Shown: in pieces, positions 13,996 to 27,600 of the stretch | Layout of the letters: each line of letters opens with the position of its first letter | How positions within the stretch are numbered: the stretch's first letter is position 1 | DNA from: the human T2T-CHM13v2.0 reference genome, Homo sapiens | Assembly (NCBI RefSeq): GCF_009914755.1 | Contig: NC_060935.1 | Reading direction: 5' to 3' (one strand) | Length of the DNA stretch: 64,000 bases | Notes under the pieces: model-generated | What the model saw: the letters and a program-made list of their open reading frames with translations, nothing else | Told to the model about the DNA's origin: nothing | The model's database searches: none | Translations under genes and position numbers: made by a program

Positions 13996-16900
13996 TATAG
14001 ATCAGTGACACAGACCCTTCCTTTGGCAAATGGAGAAACTGAGGTGATGCAAGGAAGCAATTTGCCCAAGGTCACGTTGCTGGTAAGCAGAAGAGCATCT
14101 TACAAGAGGATGGGTTGCAGAGGGCAGTACTGAACACACAGCGATGCTGTGAAGGGTGGGCGGCCCGGTATCACTGGGAATGCGATTTCTCAGCTCTCTA
14201 GGACTCATAATTACAAGCTCAGGTTATCTGTTCCTAACATTAACCAAGAAATATCAGGTCTTGTTCTGGGGACCCTATTTGACGAAGGACATTGACAGGC
14301 TGGAGTGTGACCAGTAAGATGGGCCGATTTCAAAGCATGCTGAGAACTGGGAATTAGTAACCCAGGGAGCAAGGGAGAGACACTGCAAGGGGGGAAGGGA
14401 AGACCTCCTACTTGGCCTAAGAAGGAATGTTCTAGTATTTTCTGCTGTTTGGGGAAAGGGCCACAGTGGGAAGTGGCAAGCTCCCTGCATTGGAAGTAGA
14501 CAACCTGTGGCCTCACAGAAAGGAGTCAATTAAGGCCTGGATCTGGGCCCCTTGTCTTTGGGCCCTTGGGGGTGCCCGGGTCTCAGGAGAGGGAAAGACG
14601 GTCTGGGAATGTGGCTCACTGTCTGATGAAGTGGTTCTATGAATCAGAGTACTCGTGTCCTTGCAGATGGGCGCTTTCAGCCCCTTGTCCTCAGTAAGAG
14701 GCAGGGAATCCTCTTCCCCTCTTCTTCTGCCAACTAACCAGAACAGAGAACTCTGCCACTGTGCCCCTCCATCCGGCCCTGCACCCAGCCTCCAAGGACC
14801 ACGGTGTCCTCCTGTGCCCACAAATAGGAGCTTTGGCCCTCCTGGCTGCTGTACTGCTGGGCTTAACAAGGCAGCCCCTTAATAGGGGGAAGTTCAGGGC
14901 ATAGGTGCCTGCCCCATTGATCCTTCACCTTCTTCCACCTCCCCCTTACTTCTTGCTCTGGACTACAAGATCTCTCTGCTTCATTGAGTCGCAGTAATAA
15001 ACAAGATTGAACTCTCTCTATATGGAGACCAGCTGTACCTCACAGGGCTTTTTGGGTGAAGGCGGCCACCACGAATTCCCTGGGGAGATGGTCATATGCA
15101 CTCACCAGGAGTACAAATCCTGACATGCACAGACACAGACACACACACACACACCACACACAGAGGGGCAGTGTCAGAAACACACCTCAACAGACAGTCA
15201 CAAACACAGTCACCCTCACAGCCTATGCTCTGACACCCTTACCATAAACCCATGGACGGCATTACACACACATAACCCGATGCAATGATCAATTGCATGT
15301 CAATACCCTGATGTGCTTGTTTAACACACATCTCCCCACACTGCTGTAGTCCATAAGCACAGGCTCTCTCCACACACACACTTGTATAGTTCCCTTTTAT
15401 TGGGTGCTTACCATGTCCTGGCAGGATTCTAAGTACTTTGCATGAATGAACTCATCTGAGGTAGGCACTGTTATTATGCCCCGGTTCCAAAGCCTGTGTC
15501 TCAGTGTATTTCTTGACGAAGCTCCATGGCCTCCCGCATGCCCAGGTTCCCCTGACAAAGCAGGCCCTGAGCTGGATGCCTCTGCCTTTTGGCCTGTTGT
15601 TCAGTGGTTCCTCCCAACAGCAACCACGAAAGCAAGTCTTATCATCTCCACTTTTCAAATGAGGAAACTGAGGCTTCCAGAAAGTGTTTCTTCCACCTCT
15701 AAGGGGGCTGGCCACCTCTAGCCATCTGTTTGTCTGCCACCCTTGCATACAGTCCCTGGCTTTTGGAAATGGAATTTGGCTGTCACCAAAAAGCTGTGGC
15801 CTCTGCGGCGGGGCAGCTGCAGCAGGTACTCCTGGGGCAGGCAGTGGGGACTGCTGCTTTAGGGGTGCAGGCGGGAGAGCCGGGGTGGGGTATATGCACA
15901 GGGCTGGGTCCTGCGTGACAAATGCTAATGACAGCCACAAAAGCACCTCACTGCTCTGTAGGGCACAGGAGGCTTTAATGAAATACAACTTCTCTGCTTT
16001 CCTGCAATCTAATTCAATTAACAGCCAGGGAAATCTGATTTCTCTTTACAAACGGGTGCAGGGGAGACTTTCTGGGGACTTGAGAGAAGGGAAGGGCTAG
16101 GGCTAGGCACAGTGGTGTGGGTGAGCTCCTTCTCAATACACAGCTCCTTCCTATACAGCAGCTTTAGGTGGGGTAGGGTCTTCTCTCTGAGACCCTGGGG
16201 GAGTGAAGACCCTGGTGTGAAGACGGCCCATTTCATTCAAGCCTCAGTTACAGTCCCCAGCACCTGCTACAGTGCCTGGCACTGTGATGACCAAATTGGG
16301 GCATACTCTGGTGGAGGCCAAGGAGGCTTCCTGATGACTTCCAGGGCTCTTCCCTGACACCCCACATTGCATGCAGGCCTCTCCTGCGGGGCATCCCCTG
16401 CATGGCACGTGTCCTCCGGCAGCGTCCTTGCCTCCTTGTGTGTGACTGTGAGACTCTCCAGGGCAGAAGCATCTCTATTCCAGGGCTTAGCTCGTGTTTG
16501 TGGAAAGGAGAGCTTTACTGGGTATCTTTGCCGTCCTCCTCCAGTGCCCCAGGGCAGCCTGCCCCAGTCCACACTTAGGCTCACTCAGGGGAGCGGGGAG
16601 CCTTGCTGGGCCACTGGGGCTCAGGAAGCTGCCTTATAACCATGCGGAAACTCCAGATTTCCTTCTGCTCGTTGAGATGGGCAGGCACCCCTCAAAGAGG
16701 AAGCACCACGGAGAGGAGAAAGGCACCAGAGCCGTAGAGGAATCACCCCCTCCCCTTGCTCCAGGGCTCTTTCAGGGCAGCAAGCCGAGGTGGGAGGAAA
16801 TCAATTTCAGAAACAAGACAGTTGTCAGAATCTGATGTAACCGGTTCCCGTCTGTGAAATTACTCGCAGGCCGGCTCCTGTCACCCCTGAGGTCCTGCTT

Positions 16901-17859
16901 GGACCAGCTGCTATTTACATTTTAATTTGATGTGAGAGGCTGATAGATTTTTAAAACACCACAAGACAGCTCTGCTGCCTCACTCACTCCCGGCATCCAC
17001 ACACTTTCTGACCAACCCCCAGGCGTGGAGGTAGAGTTCTAGGGGTCCCCAGACCCTGCCACGGGGATTGCAAACTCTGCTCCTACTTGGCCCCTACTTA
17101 GCACCCCCAGATCCCCGCTTCCACTGGGGTCCAACTTAATAAGCTGGGGCAGGCCCGCTCCTTGCAGTTTACAAAGCAGTGCTGCATCCTTTGCCTCCAG
17201 CTTCATTCTTACTAAGGAGGTGGCCTGGCTCTATTATCCCCTACAGAACCAGTGAGGAAATGGAAGCCCAGAGAGGTTCAGTGATTTATGTAAGGTCACA
17301 CAGCTGGTGAGTGGCAGGAAGGAGACTGAACCCCAAGTCCTCTGACAACTGGCCAGCTCCTTTCTTTCGGTTTATCCTAGCCTTCTCCTGTGTAGGTTTT
17401 TCTTCCTCACATGGAGAGATTCTGGGGAGAGTGAAGGTGAGTGGGGGATTTTGAAAGAGGCTGAACACTGGAGGAGGTCCGGGCTAGCAGGGCCAGGAGG
17501 CCAGTCCAGGGCAGGCTGGGGCTGGAGGCAGGATCTGGGGAGAACGGTGAGTCTGGCCTTCCCTGTCTTTGTCTCCTGGCCTCTTTTCCTCTGGTGATTG
17601 GAGCTCAGCTGGTGTTTCTGACAAGTCCCCAAGTCACCAGGGAGTGAAGATTCAGTTGTGAATACCCAAAGGAGAGGAGCGAGCGAGCAGTGTGTGTGGG
17701 AAGGAGGATGTTGAAGGAACAGGATGAGAATGCCACGGGCTGCTGGGAGAGGCTGCTAAAATGCAACAGAGGCATGGAATGTTGAACTCCAAAAGGAAGC
17801 CTGGGTACATCTTCACCCCATTCATGGGCATGACTACGATAATAATCATCACAGTCTGT

Positions 17860-18040
17860 TATACTGAGAGCTTACTATGTGCCAGGTACTGTTCTGAGTT
17901 CTGTTACCTGCATTAACTCATGGAATCCTCACACAACCCTATTTTTATTTTCACTTTACAGATGGGGAAACTGAGGCTGAGATAAATAAATTGCCCCTGG
18001 TCACATGGCTAGTAACTGGCAGAGTCAGGCCATGGCCCAG
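17860..18040 (-). mobile_element. MIR (one of many MIR remnants in the window)
   Basis: Core tttacagatggggaaactgaggct...ggtcacatggctagtaactggcagag. Confidence 0.8.
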
Positions 18041-18056
18041 GTCATTCGTGGTCTCA

Positions 18057-18404
<348 letters not shown>

Positions 18405-18588
18405 TCAGAGAAGGCCAGTAGACATCGAAGTAGAATCAGGGGCCCAAGAATAGGGGTGCCAAGCTGAGCTTCTCTGAAGAAAAATGCACGTGAATTTGGG
18501 GGAAAGAAGATTGGTCTGGGAGCCAGGGGACCAAGGGGTTAGGCTAGTCTGCACTGCCAGGTGGGTGGTCTGGGGGAGGGTCTGGAGG

Positions 18589-18760
18589 AGGTTCTCAGGC
18601 CTGGCTACACCTGAGAATCACCTTGGAAGCTTTTAAAAAATATTACACAGATCCTACCCTGCCCCCCAGGCTCTGACTTATTGTTCCATGGTGGGCCTGG
18701 CCGCCTGCATTCCCCATCCCTACCCCGAGGTAATTCTCACGTGGTTTGGAGAAGAACCCC
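18589..18760. mobile_element. MER5-like hAT remnant
   Basis: ggttctca..gaatcacctt ggaagcttttaaaaaata..ggtgggcct..ctgcatt. Confidence 0.55.
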
Positions 18761-19879
18761 AGGGCTGGATGAGCCCTCCTCTACCTCCTATGACAGCAGC
18801 TGCCTCTGGCAGGACAACCCCAGAGGCAACAGGATTGGAAGAAGGGCAGCAAACTTAGGGTGTCCTTCATCAGGAAGGGACTTGACTTTGTCAGAAAGTC
18901 CTCCTGAAAGTCTAACTGAAATCTCTCCGGGACTCTCATAGTGCTTTTCGCCAAAAAAGATGCTTTGGGGACGATAAAATGCCTTCTTGGATGTCCTCTT
19001 CTTTGCCTTCTGGGAGAGGCTTTTCCAAGGGACAGCAGGTACCCTGAAGCCTCTCAAGGGCTCTGTGAACCCACCTTGTCAGGGAGCAGGGAGCCCGTGT
19101 GTTCAAGGCTCGGATCGCCTTTTGTTTCTGAAAGGATTACATGCACCCCTGAGAGGTGAGGGGGCCCCTCCTTTTCCCCAACCCACCCCACTCCCCTTCT
19201 CCCCCAAAAGCCTTGTGTCGCTGCTCCTTGTTAACAAGTTCCCGACAAGAGCTGCAGTGCTGTTTGGCGGTGTGAGATAAGCCGCCACAAAGGGGCATTG
19301 TTGGCGCGCCGGGTGGTCGGCGGGGCGGGTGGGAGCAGCGCTTCACTCAGCCTTCGACGGCAGCGGCATCTCCAGGCCTCCCCTGGGAAAGGCTGGGGGC
19401 GGAGTGGGGAGGGGGTGCCTTCTGGTGCCTGTTTTGTTTTTCCCTTCTTAAAGAGCCAGGGCCATGGCGTTGTTAATTTGATTGCACCCACTTCGGCTTC
19501 TTGTCTCTCCTGATTAGCCAAGCTCCACCTGAAGCATGAGATTAATTCAGATTGCATGGAAGCAATCAGCTTCAGCGCCAAGAGCCAGTGGGGAGGTGCC
19601 AGGGGAGCTGGGGCCCATGGGACCCTGGCTGTCCACTGCTCCAGTACACAGGGAGCAGAACTGGGCCGAACAGTATGTGTGCAAGGGGTAGGGGTGAGGG
19701 TCACAGAGAATGGTTGGGGACTTGGACTGCAGAGCTGTTTCTGCTGCACTGGGGGTCCAGTTGAGGCCCTCAAACTCGCCAGGCCTTACTTTGTCCAGCT
19801 TTAAAATGGGGCCAGTCACCTCTTCTCTTGGCTCCTTGCTAAAGAGTAGACGCGCAGGACGGGGAGTGTTCTCAAATGA

Positions 19880-20577
<698 letters not shown>

Positions 20578-20817
20578 TAACATTTATTGAAAGCTTATTA
20601 TGTGCACGCACCATGGCTAATGCTGTACATGAATTATCTCATTAACCCTCACTTCTCCAAACACAGCCCTAAGATGTGGGTAGTATTTTTTATTTCCATT
20701 TTAGACATGAGAAAAATGACTCTGAACATCAGAATCCTTTCAGAAACAGAAGGAGATGCCATCTTCCTTTGATCACTTGGAAGGTACTTCCAGGTCATTG
20801 CTGTGAATACCCTAGAG

Positions 20818-21000
20818 CTGTAAAGGGCCTGAAGTAAATATTTTAGGCTTTGTGGGCCATAGGTCTCCGTTGCAAGGACTCCACTCTGCTGTTGTACCTG
20901 GAAGCAGCCACAGACAACACAACATACAGAACGGGTGTGGCTGGCTTCCAGTTACATAGACCACTGGCCAGATATGAGACCCGGTTACTGAACCCTGCCC
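20818..21000 (+). mobile_element. MER58-like hAT element
   Basis: ctgtaaagggcc..gtaaatattttaggctttgtgggccata..gcagccacagacaa. Confidence 0.75.
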
Positions 21001-21180
21001 TGAGATTTTGTGCACAGGAGTGTTGGGCTTTTAGACTTGACCTAGAGGGATTTTTTGGCTAGGAAACTATTTTGCATTCAGATAGCAGCAGTTATAGGAT
21101 GCAGGGAGGGAGAGCATGTCAGTTTCAGATGCTGGAAAGCATGGAGTTGTCAATAACAGATCACCGGCTGGGCATGGGAT

Positions 21181-21650
21181 TGTTGTGGGTTGAATTGTGT
21201 CCCCAAAAGATATGTTGAAGTCCTCACCCCTGGTACCTGTGAACGGGGACTTACTTGGAAATAAGGTCTTTGCAGATGTAATCAAGATGTAAGTTAAGAT
21301 GAGGTCATACCAGAGTAAGGTGAGCCCTTAATCCAATAGGACTTGTGTCCTCATAAGACGAGAAGAGACCCACATAGAGGGAAGAGGATGTGAAGCCACA
21401 GGAAGAGAAGGCCATGTGGTGATGGAGGCAGAGACTGGAGTGATGTGTCTACAGTGCGAGCAACATCAAGGACTGCTGGCAACCACCAGAAGAGGCAAAG
21501 AAGCCTTCTTGCCTTTCAAGCGCACATGGGCCTGCCAATACCTTGATGTCAGACTCCCAGCCTCCCAGAACTGTGACAGAATAAGTTCCTGTTGTTTCAG
21601 GCCATGCAGCTTATGGTACTTTGTGACAGCAGCCACTGGAAACTAACGCA
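21181..21650 (+). mobile_element. MaLR solo LTR (MLT1C-like), 470 bp, 5-bp TSD GGGAT
   Basis: TG...CA termini; gggat at 21176-21180 and 21651-21655; tgttgtgggttgaattgtgtcccc start. Confidence 0.88.
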
Positions 21651-24600
21651 GGGATCCAGTGTGTGATAAGACCTTCTCAGTGCAGAGTGCCCAGGGATGG
21701 TAGCCAAGCCTCTGCCCCATGGAGCTGGGCCAGGGTAGGGGGGCTTCCTAGGTGCCAGGTTGGCTTCACATTCCCTGCTTTATGGGGAGTGCACCCCCTG
21801 TTATGCTCCCAGCCCCAAAGGCCCCAGCTGGCGGTAGGCAGGCAGGTGCAGGAGTGTGCAAAGACCAAGCCCATCTTGCCCCTGATATCCTCCCCAGCAC
21901 CTGGCTCAAGCTCTTTGCTGTGTAATGGATGAACAGTGCCAGGGCTGAATGCAAGCAAACACAGACAGGAGAAGATGCTCTTTAGAACTGAATCCTGCCA
22001 CGTCTAGAGTCTCTGTGGACTTGAGAGGCCCAGAGGACTAGGCAGGGAGGGGTGGGTGGAGGCTCAGGCTTCTAGGCGAATCTGCACTCAGCCCCCAGTC
22101 TCATTGCTTTCTGGCTCAGGACAGGACACCTGCCAATCACACGAGTCATGAGTCACTTTAGCGGGGGGCAGGGGGTGGGAGCCTTAGGCTTGCCTGGTCT
22201 AGCACACAGCTCTAGGGAGGATCCTGGCAGAGTGTCAGCCAGCATCCGGCTGCTCAGGGCACCCCCTGTCACCTCCACTTTGACACAGTCACAGTGAACA
22301 TGCCACCCCTCCGTTCCCATCTACTCCATTTCTATTGGTGGGACCATCATCCTCATCTCTCAGCCTGGAGCCCTAGATTCTCCCAGCTCCTCTGTCCCAT
22401 TCATCAAAGCCTGGTATTTGTTCCTTCAGAATGACTCTTAGAGTTCCGTTTTCTCTCCATTCCATGCTCAAGATCTTAATATCATTCCTATCATCTAGTG
22501 CATCATGTCCAGACTTCAGAACCATACTTCCCATTCCTCTAGTCTCCAGCAGCCTCCGTCTGGTCAGGTGAGCGCCTCATTGCCTGCCTGGGCTTCCTGC
22601 CCCCAGGGTCTTTGCTCATGCTCCTCCTTCCACCTGGATGCCTCCTTTCTTCCTTTGCCCTTCCAAACCCAATCAAGCCCATCCCTCCGGGAAGCTCCAT
22701 CTGACCACGTCTGTCCACCTTGGGTTTTTCCTTCTCTAACCTCACATCACACTTCCAGTGCCAAACATTTTAGCACGTGATCTTGTCTTGTTTCCTGAAG
22801 GTCAGTTCCAGCTTCCTAACGAGTCTGTATGTTCCTGGAGGGCAGGGAGGGTGCTTCAATCTTGCCTTTCTCTCTGTTAGTCTTTGTCACCAGGCTGGAC
22901 ACCCGGGGGCTGCTCAGGAAGCACCTGGTTATTACTTGGCTCATCCAACAATTTATTCTGGCCCCACCATTCAGAGGGGCTTCAACTGTCATTGGGGGAG
23001 CAATTCTGGGCTGCCCACTTAGGGCAGGGCTTGGAGGCACTGCTAAGCTCTGTGCCTGCCTGCATTTTCTTATCTATTAAGTAGAGCTGCCCCATGATAA
23101 CCTTGACTCTCTTTTGTCTCGGAGCATTTCCTGGCACCTTCACCTTAACTGACATACAGGATACACACAATTTTGTGATTCATCTGGTCTCTGCCCTTTA
23201 TGGTACCTTGGAGCTCAGATCCATCTGGAAACTCTTCAGTGCTGTGGTCATGGGGACTGCAGGGATGAGAGTGAAGTGGTGGTGATGTGCTTTTTGCCAC
23301 CACTGGCTAAGGCCTCTAAGAAGGAGGTAAGAGCCCAGATGAGACCCTTAGGGACAAGCACTTTTAAACTGGAACCGGAGGATGCATGGGCAGGTTCATC
23401 CCTCCTATCCCTTTAATAAAACCTCCCTGCTTGTCAGGGGACCAGGGCGAGGATGGAGATTGTTCCACATGGAGACTGTTCTATTCGACCTTGAAACTTT
23501 TGTACAAACGTCCACTTTGGGGTTAGGTTTGGGATGCGATGTGATTGCTCCAGTGATACTGTTGGCATTGGGAGGTCAGTAAGATCTCCCATGTTTCGTT
23601 GGTTCAGGCTTATCTTCATCTTTCCTATAGCTCCCTGAAGCACAAAAGCCTACAGCTTCTGAATGCTGGGGCCTGGAACTGGCGACACATGCCCTCGAGT
23701 CTCCACTGGCACAACAGAACGCAACCCACTTGTTGAGCTCTAGTCATGCCTTAGTGGGTGAGGGAAAGGGACAGGAGGATGGTGACCCCTCTGAATAGAG
23801 GAGCAAACTGAGTCCCTGGGAGAAGGACTATGCCCAGTTTACCCAGGGCATAGCGAGGAGCACTGGGACATGAACAAGGATCAGAACCTTTCTGTCCCCT
23901 AAATGAACCACTTGTTTTGGCCTCCCTGGGCTCTGCAGAGGGTGGGGAGAGCCTGCAGCTGGCTCAGGGCTGCAGACCTCCTGGCGAGGGCCCAAGGAGG
24001 TTTACTGACTCCTTGCTCCTCTGAGAATGGGGGCTGCGGCTGGGAGCCTGGCCTGATGAGAGGAAGTGTCCAGCCTTTCTCCTCACCTCTGTTTGATGAA
24101 GCAGGAGTCAGAGTGTTGCTCCTTATTCTGTGAAGTCTCAAAATCAATGAGGCCAAAGAGACAGCCGGATGATCATTGCCATGGAAATCATCACAATGGC
24201 TCATTCTCTCTTCCCTTCCCTCCCTCCTTCCCTCCAGCAGCGGTGGAGGTGGGGGTGGGCACTGGGCCCCAGGTTTCCAGAGGGGACTCCCTAGCTTGGC
24301 ATGGGCCAGGGTGGGGCCCTTTCTGCCACCTGGAGGCTGGGCAGGTGAGGCCGACTATGATCATTACCTGGCTGGAGAGAGCAGGTGATGGCTCCCAAAT
24401 CCCACAGCTGTGGCAGGGCCAAGCACCAGGCCCAGGCCAGCGTAACTCAGCACCCAGGCCTCAGCCCTTGAGTGCTGCCCCGCCTCCTCCCCCTGCTGCT
24501 TGCAGATGCAGCAGAGAGTCCATCCCGTCCCCCACTCGCCCAATCAGGGGGACTCACAAGGGGAGAAGGGAAGAGCAGAGGGGGTGACCTGTGAGCCCGG

Positions 24601-27600
24601 ATGGGATTGGACCAGACCTGTGGACTAGAGGTCCGTCAGCCAGTCCAGATTCCAGAGTGGGCAAAGGCCTGTGCTGAGCTGGGTGCCGGAAGTGAGAGTT
24701 CCCACCCAGGGAGGCGAAGACCAGCCCCAGCCCCCAAGGAGCTTCAGTCTGTGACGAGATAGGACCCACCACCGGGGAACACACAGGAATATCTTGGGCC
24801 AGTTGTTTGCCCTCTCTGGGGCCTCAGTTTGTCACCTGTGCTGAGAGGGGCCTTGTGAGTATAGTGTGTGGACACCCAATCCATGTGCCCAGGCTCCACT
24901 TACATGCTCTGCCAACAGCCGTCCCTCAGCTCTAGGGGTCACGGCGGTGGCAGGGCCCATCCGTGGGAGGACAGTCTGTGGAGGAGCCCTCGGGAGGTCC
25001 TGGAAGCAGGGAATTCCCTGGGTACCTGGACTGTGGTCTAGAAAGGGATTTGTGGGCTCTGAGCAGCCATTTTCTCAGGCTCATAGACTCCTTGCCCTGT
25101 GGAAGGGGTGGGGGCCCCAGTCCCCCAGGTCTCAGGGAGGTGCTGCTTCTGTTTGACAAGAAGGAGTTTCCTTTGGGCAAATTTGAAATGAGGACCATCT
25201 TGGATCTCCAGACGCACTTTTCCAAAGTTTTGCATCCTGACCTCAGTCCCAGTGGCCAATCATGGTGGGTGACCTGGTCCACGGAGGCCCGAGGGCTTCC
25301 TTTGCTAGGCCCGCCCCCTCCATTTCTCAAGTCCCCACGAGAGTTTGGCCCCAAGCTCCCCGCTCCTGATGTTGTGGCTGCGCAGCTGGGTGTGTGCTCG
25401 CTGAGGGCACTGGGACCTTATTTTAATTGGTCTGACATTTTGCTAAACAAATAAATCAAAACTCAGACCAAACAAAGAGCCCTTATGGGTTTAATTGGCC
25501 ATGGGCTTTGTCTAGAACCCAATCACTGGTGCCTTCGCAGAGTGGAAGAGAGTCTGGGAGGTCCAACGAGACCTGTCTAATAAGGTCACCTGCTGGATAA
25601 GAGGATGGCCGAGTCCCAGGAGGGCACTGCCATTCGATGGCTGCCTCAAAACACAGCCAGCCTTCTTATGCCTGGGACTAGGCAGCTTGGCTTTGTACCT
25701 GCCTCTCGTTGAAGAATTCTCTTTGAAGATGCTTTATTTTTTCCCCATGTGTCAGTTGAAGGGGGAATGACCTCCTCCTCCTTTTGGTCATTATCTCCCT
25801 TCCTTTTTTTAAAAATACATTTTAAAAGGGAAATAAAAGGCAGCTCTGTGGACGTGGTATTTTCTTCTGTTAACTAAATTTATTTTCAACCAAGTTCTGG
25901 GAGGTGGTCTGGTGTCTTGAAAAGACTACCCGTGCTGCTACAGTCACAGCTAGTCTGAGCTGGAAGGGAACTGGGGTCATCTAGTGACTAGATCTTAGTT
26001 CAGGCCTCTCACTGTATGGATGAGGAAACAGGCCCAGAGAAAGGAAGGGACAACTCACGGATGCAGAGCCACTGGGTCTGAGCCAGGACTAGCACCCAGC
26101 CTTTTTACTCTTTGTTCCTTCTACCAAACCATCAGTCCGTAGAAGCAGGTTCTGGCCTCAGCTGGGACTATACTTAAACCAATGACCTTGATCTAATCTC
26201 TGACGTTCTGAGAGGGAGCTATTGCCTACCAACCTCACAAGCAAGGTATGGGAACGGCTTTGTAAACTGTAAAATGCTGTACATGCAGGCGGCGATGCTG
26301 GACTGTGTGCTTAGGCACTCGTGAGTTCAACCCACACCAAGACTCAGGGAGGAGTGGGGACCACTTGGGCCTGGTTGGTTGCCATCAAAGATGTCCAAGG
26401 ACTTGGAAAACCACTTGCCTGCTCTAATAAGCCCTTAGCTCCCTGTGGTCCTGAAAAGGGTTCCGCATAGCAGTTCTCCAAGAACTAGCTTGGGAATTCC
26501 GACTCCCATCCAGACCCTCGGACTCCTGGAACTCTTGTTTGAAGCTTAGTGTCAAGAGTCAACTCTACATAGAAAGAAAACATTTAGCTTCCAAAGGCCA
26601 TAGCATCTCACATTTCATTCTCCCTGTCACTCTCTGCCAGACACCCTGAGTTTCCTCAACATAGGACAGTCACAGGCCTTCCTGTCTCCACACTGTGCTG
26701 TTTCTGCATCCCTGGAAGGGCGTGAACTTCATCCCTGCTGGCCCTTGTCCAAATACTTCTCATCCTTCAAGCCCTAATTAGAGACTATTGCTTTTGTGAA
26801 GCTTTTCTTGACACGTGCTTCTTCACCCCCAGAGTTAAAATTGATGACTCTATCTCAGATTCTTTCTGTATCACCTTGTTTGTAGCTTTTTAAGGCATTT
26901 ATCATTTTGTGTATCATAGTTGTTTTGGGTGTCTGTCTATTTCCTCTTCAAGATTCTAAATTCCCTGAGAACGGCAGCTCTGTCTGACTCATCACCAGGT
27001 TTCTAGCACCTAAAACTAATGACTGCTAGTTATCGAATGTGTATTTTGTGCCAAATACTGTATTAATTGCTGTAAGTGCATGGTCTCCTTTAGACCTTAC
27101 CAACGCACAAAGTACTACACAGTAATTCCAAACTTACCGGGGAGGACATTGGGGCTGACAGAGATTGTTGTCCTGGACCTCACAGCTATCCAGTGGCAGA
27201 GCTGGGCTTTGAACCCAGGGCTGCCTGGCTCTAAAGTCTGTGCTTTTAATCACCACACTTTATTGACCTATTTAGTGAGTGCTCAGGGAGCACCATTAAG
27301 TGAGTGCTGAGTTATCACTGGAAGCTGCAGGGATCAATGGTATAGACACTCCCCATTAGAAGCCAACCACAAACGTCCAATCTGACACTTGGAGGCTTTC
27401 TCTGCTATTATATTCCCTTTGATAGATTTATTTTCTTTCTTCTGCTTGGGCAAAGTGGGGATTAAGATCAGTTTGCTTTCTGAGAGTTCATGAAAGTGTG
27501 AGTTCTGGAAAGGTAAAGTTATTTTGGGTCAAAACTTTCCCGAGTGTATTAGGGGCATTGAGGCAAACCTTGAATTGGCTTTGCAAATGGTAGATCTTTC

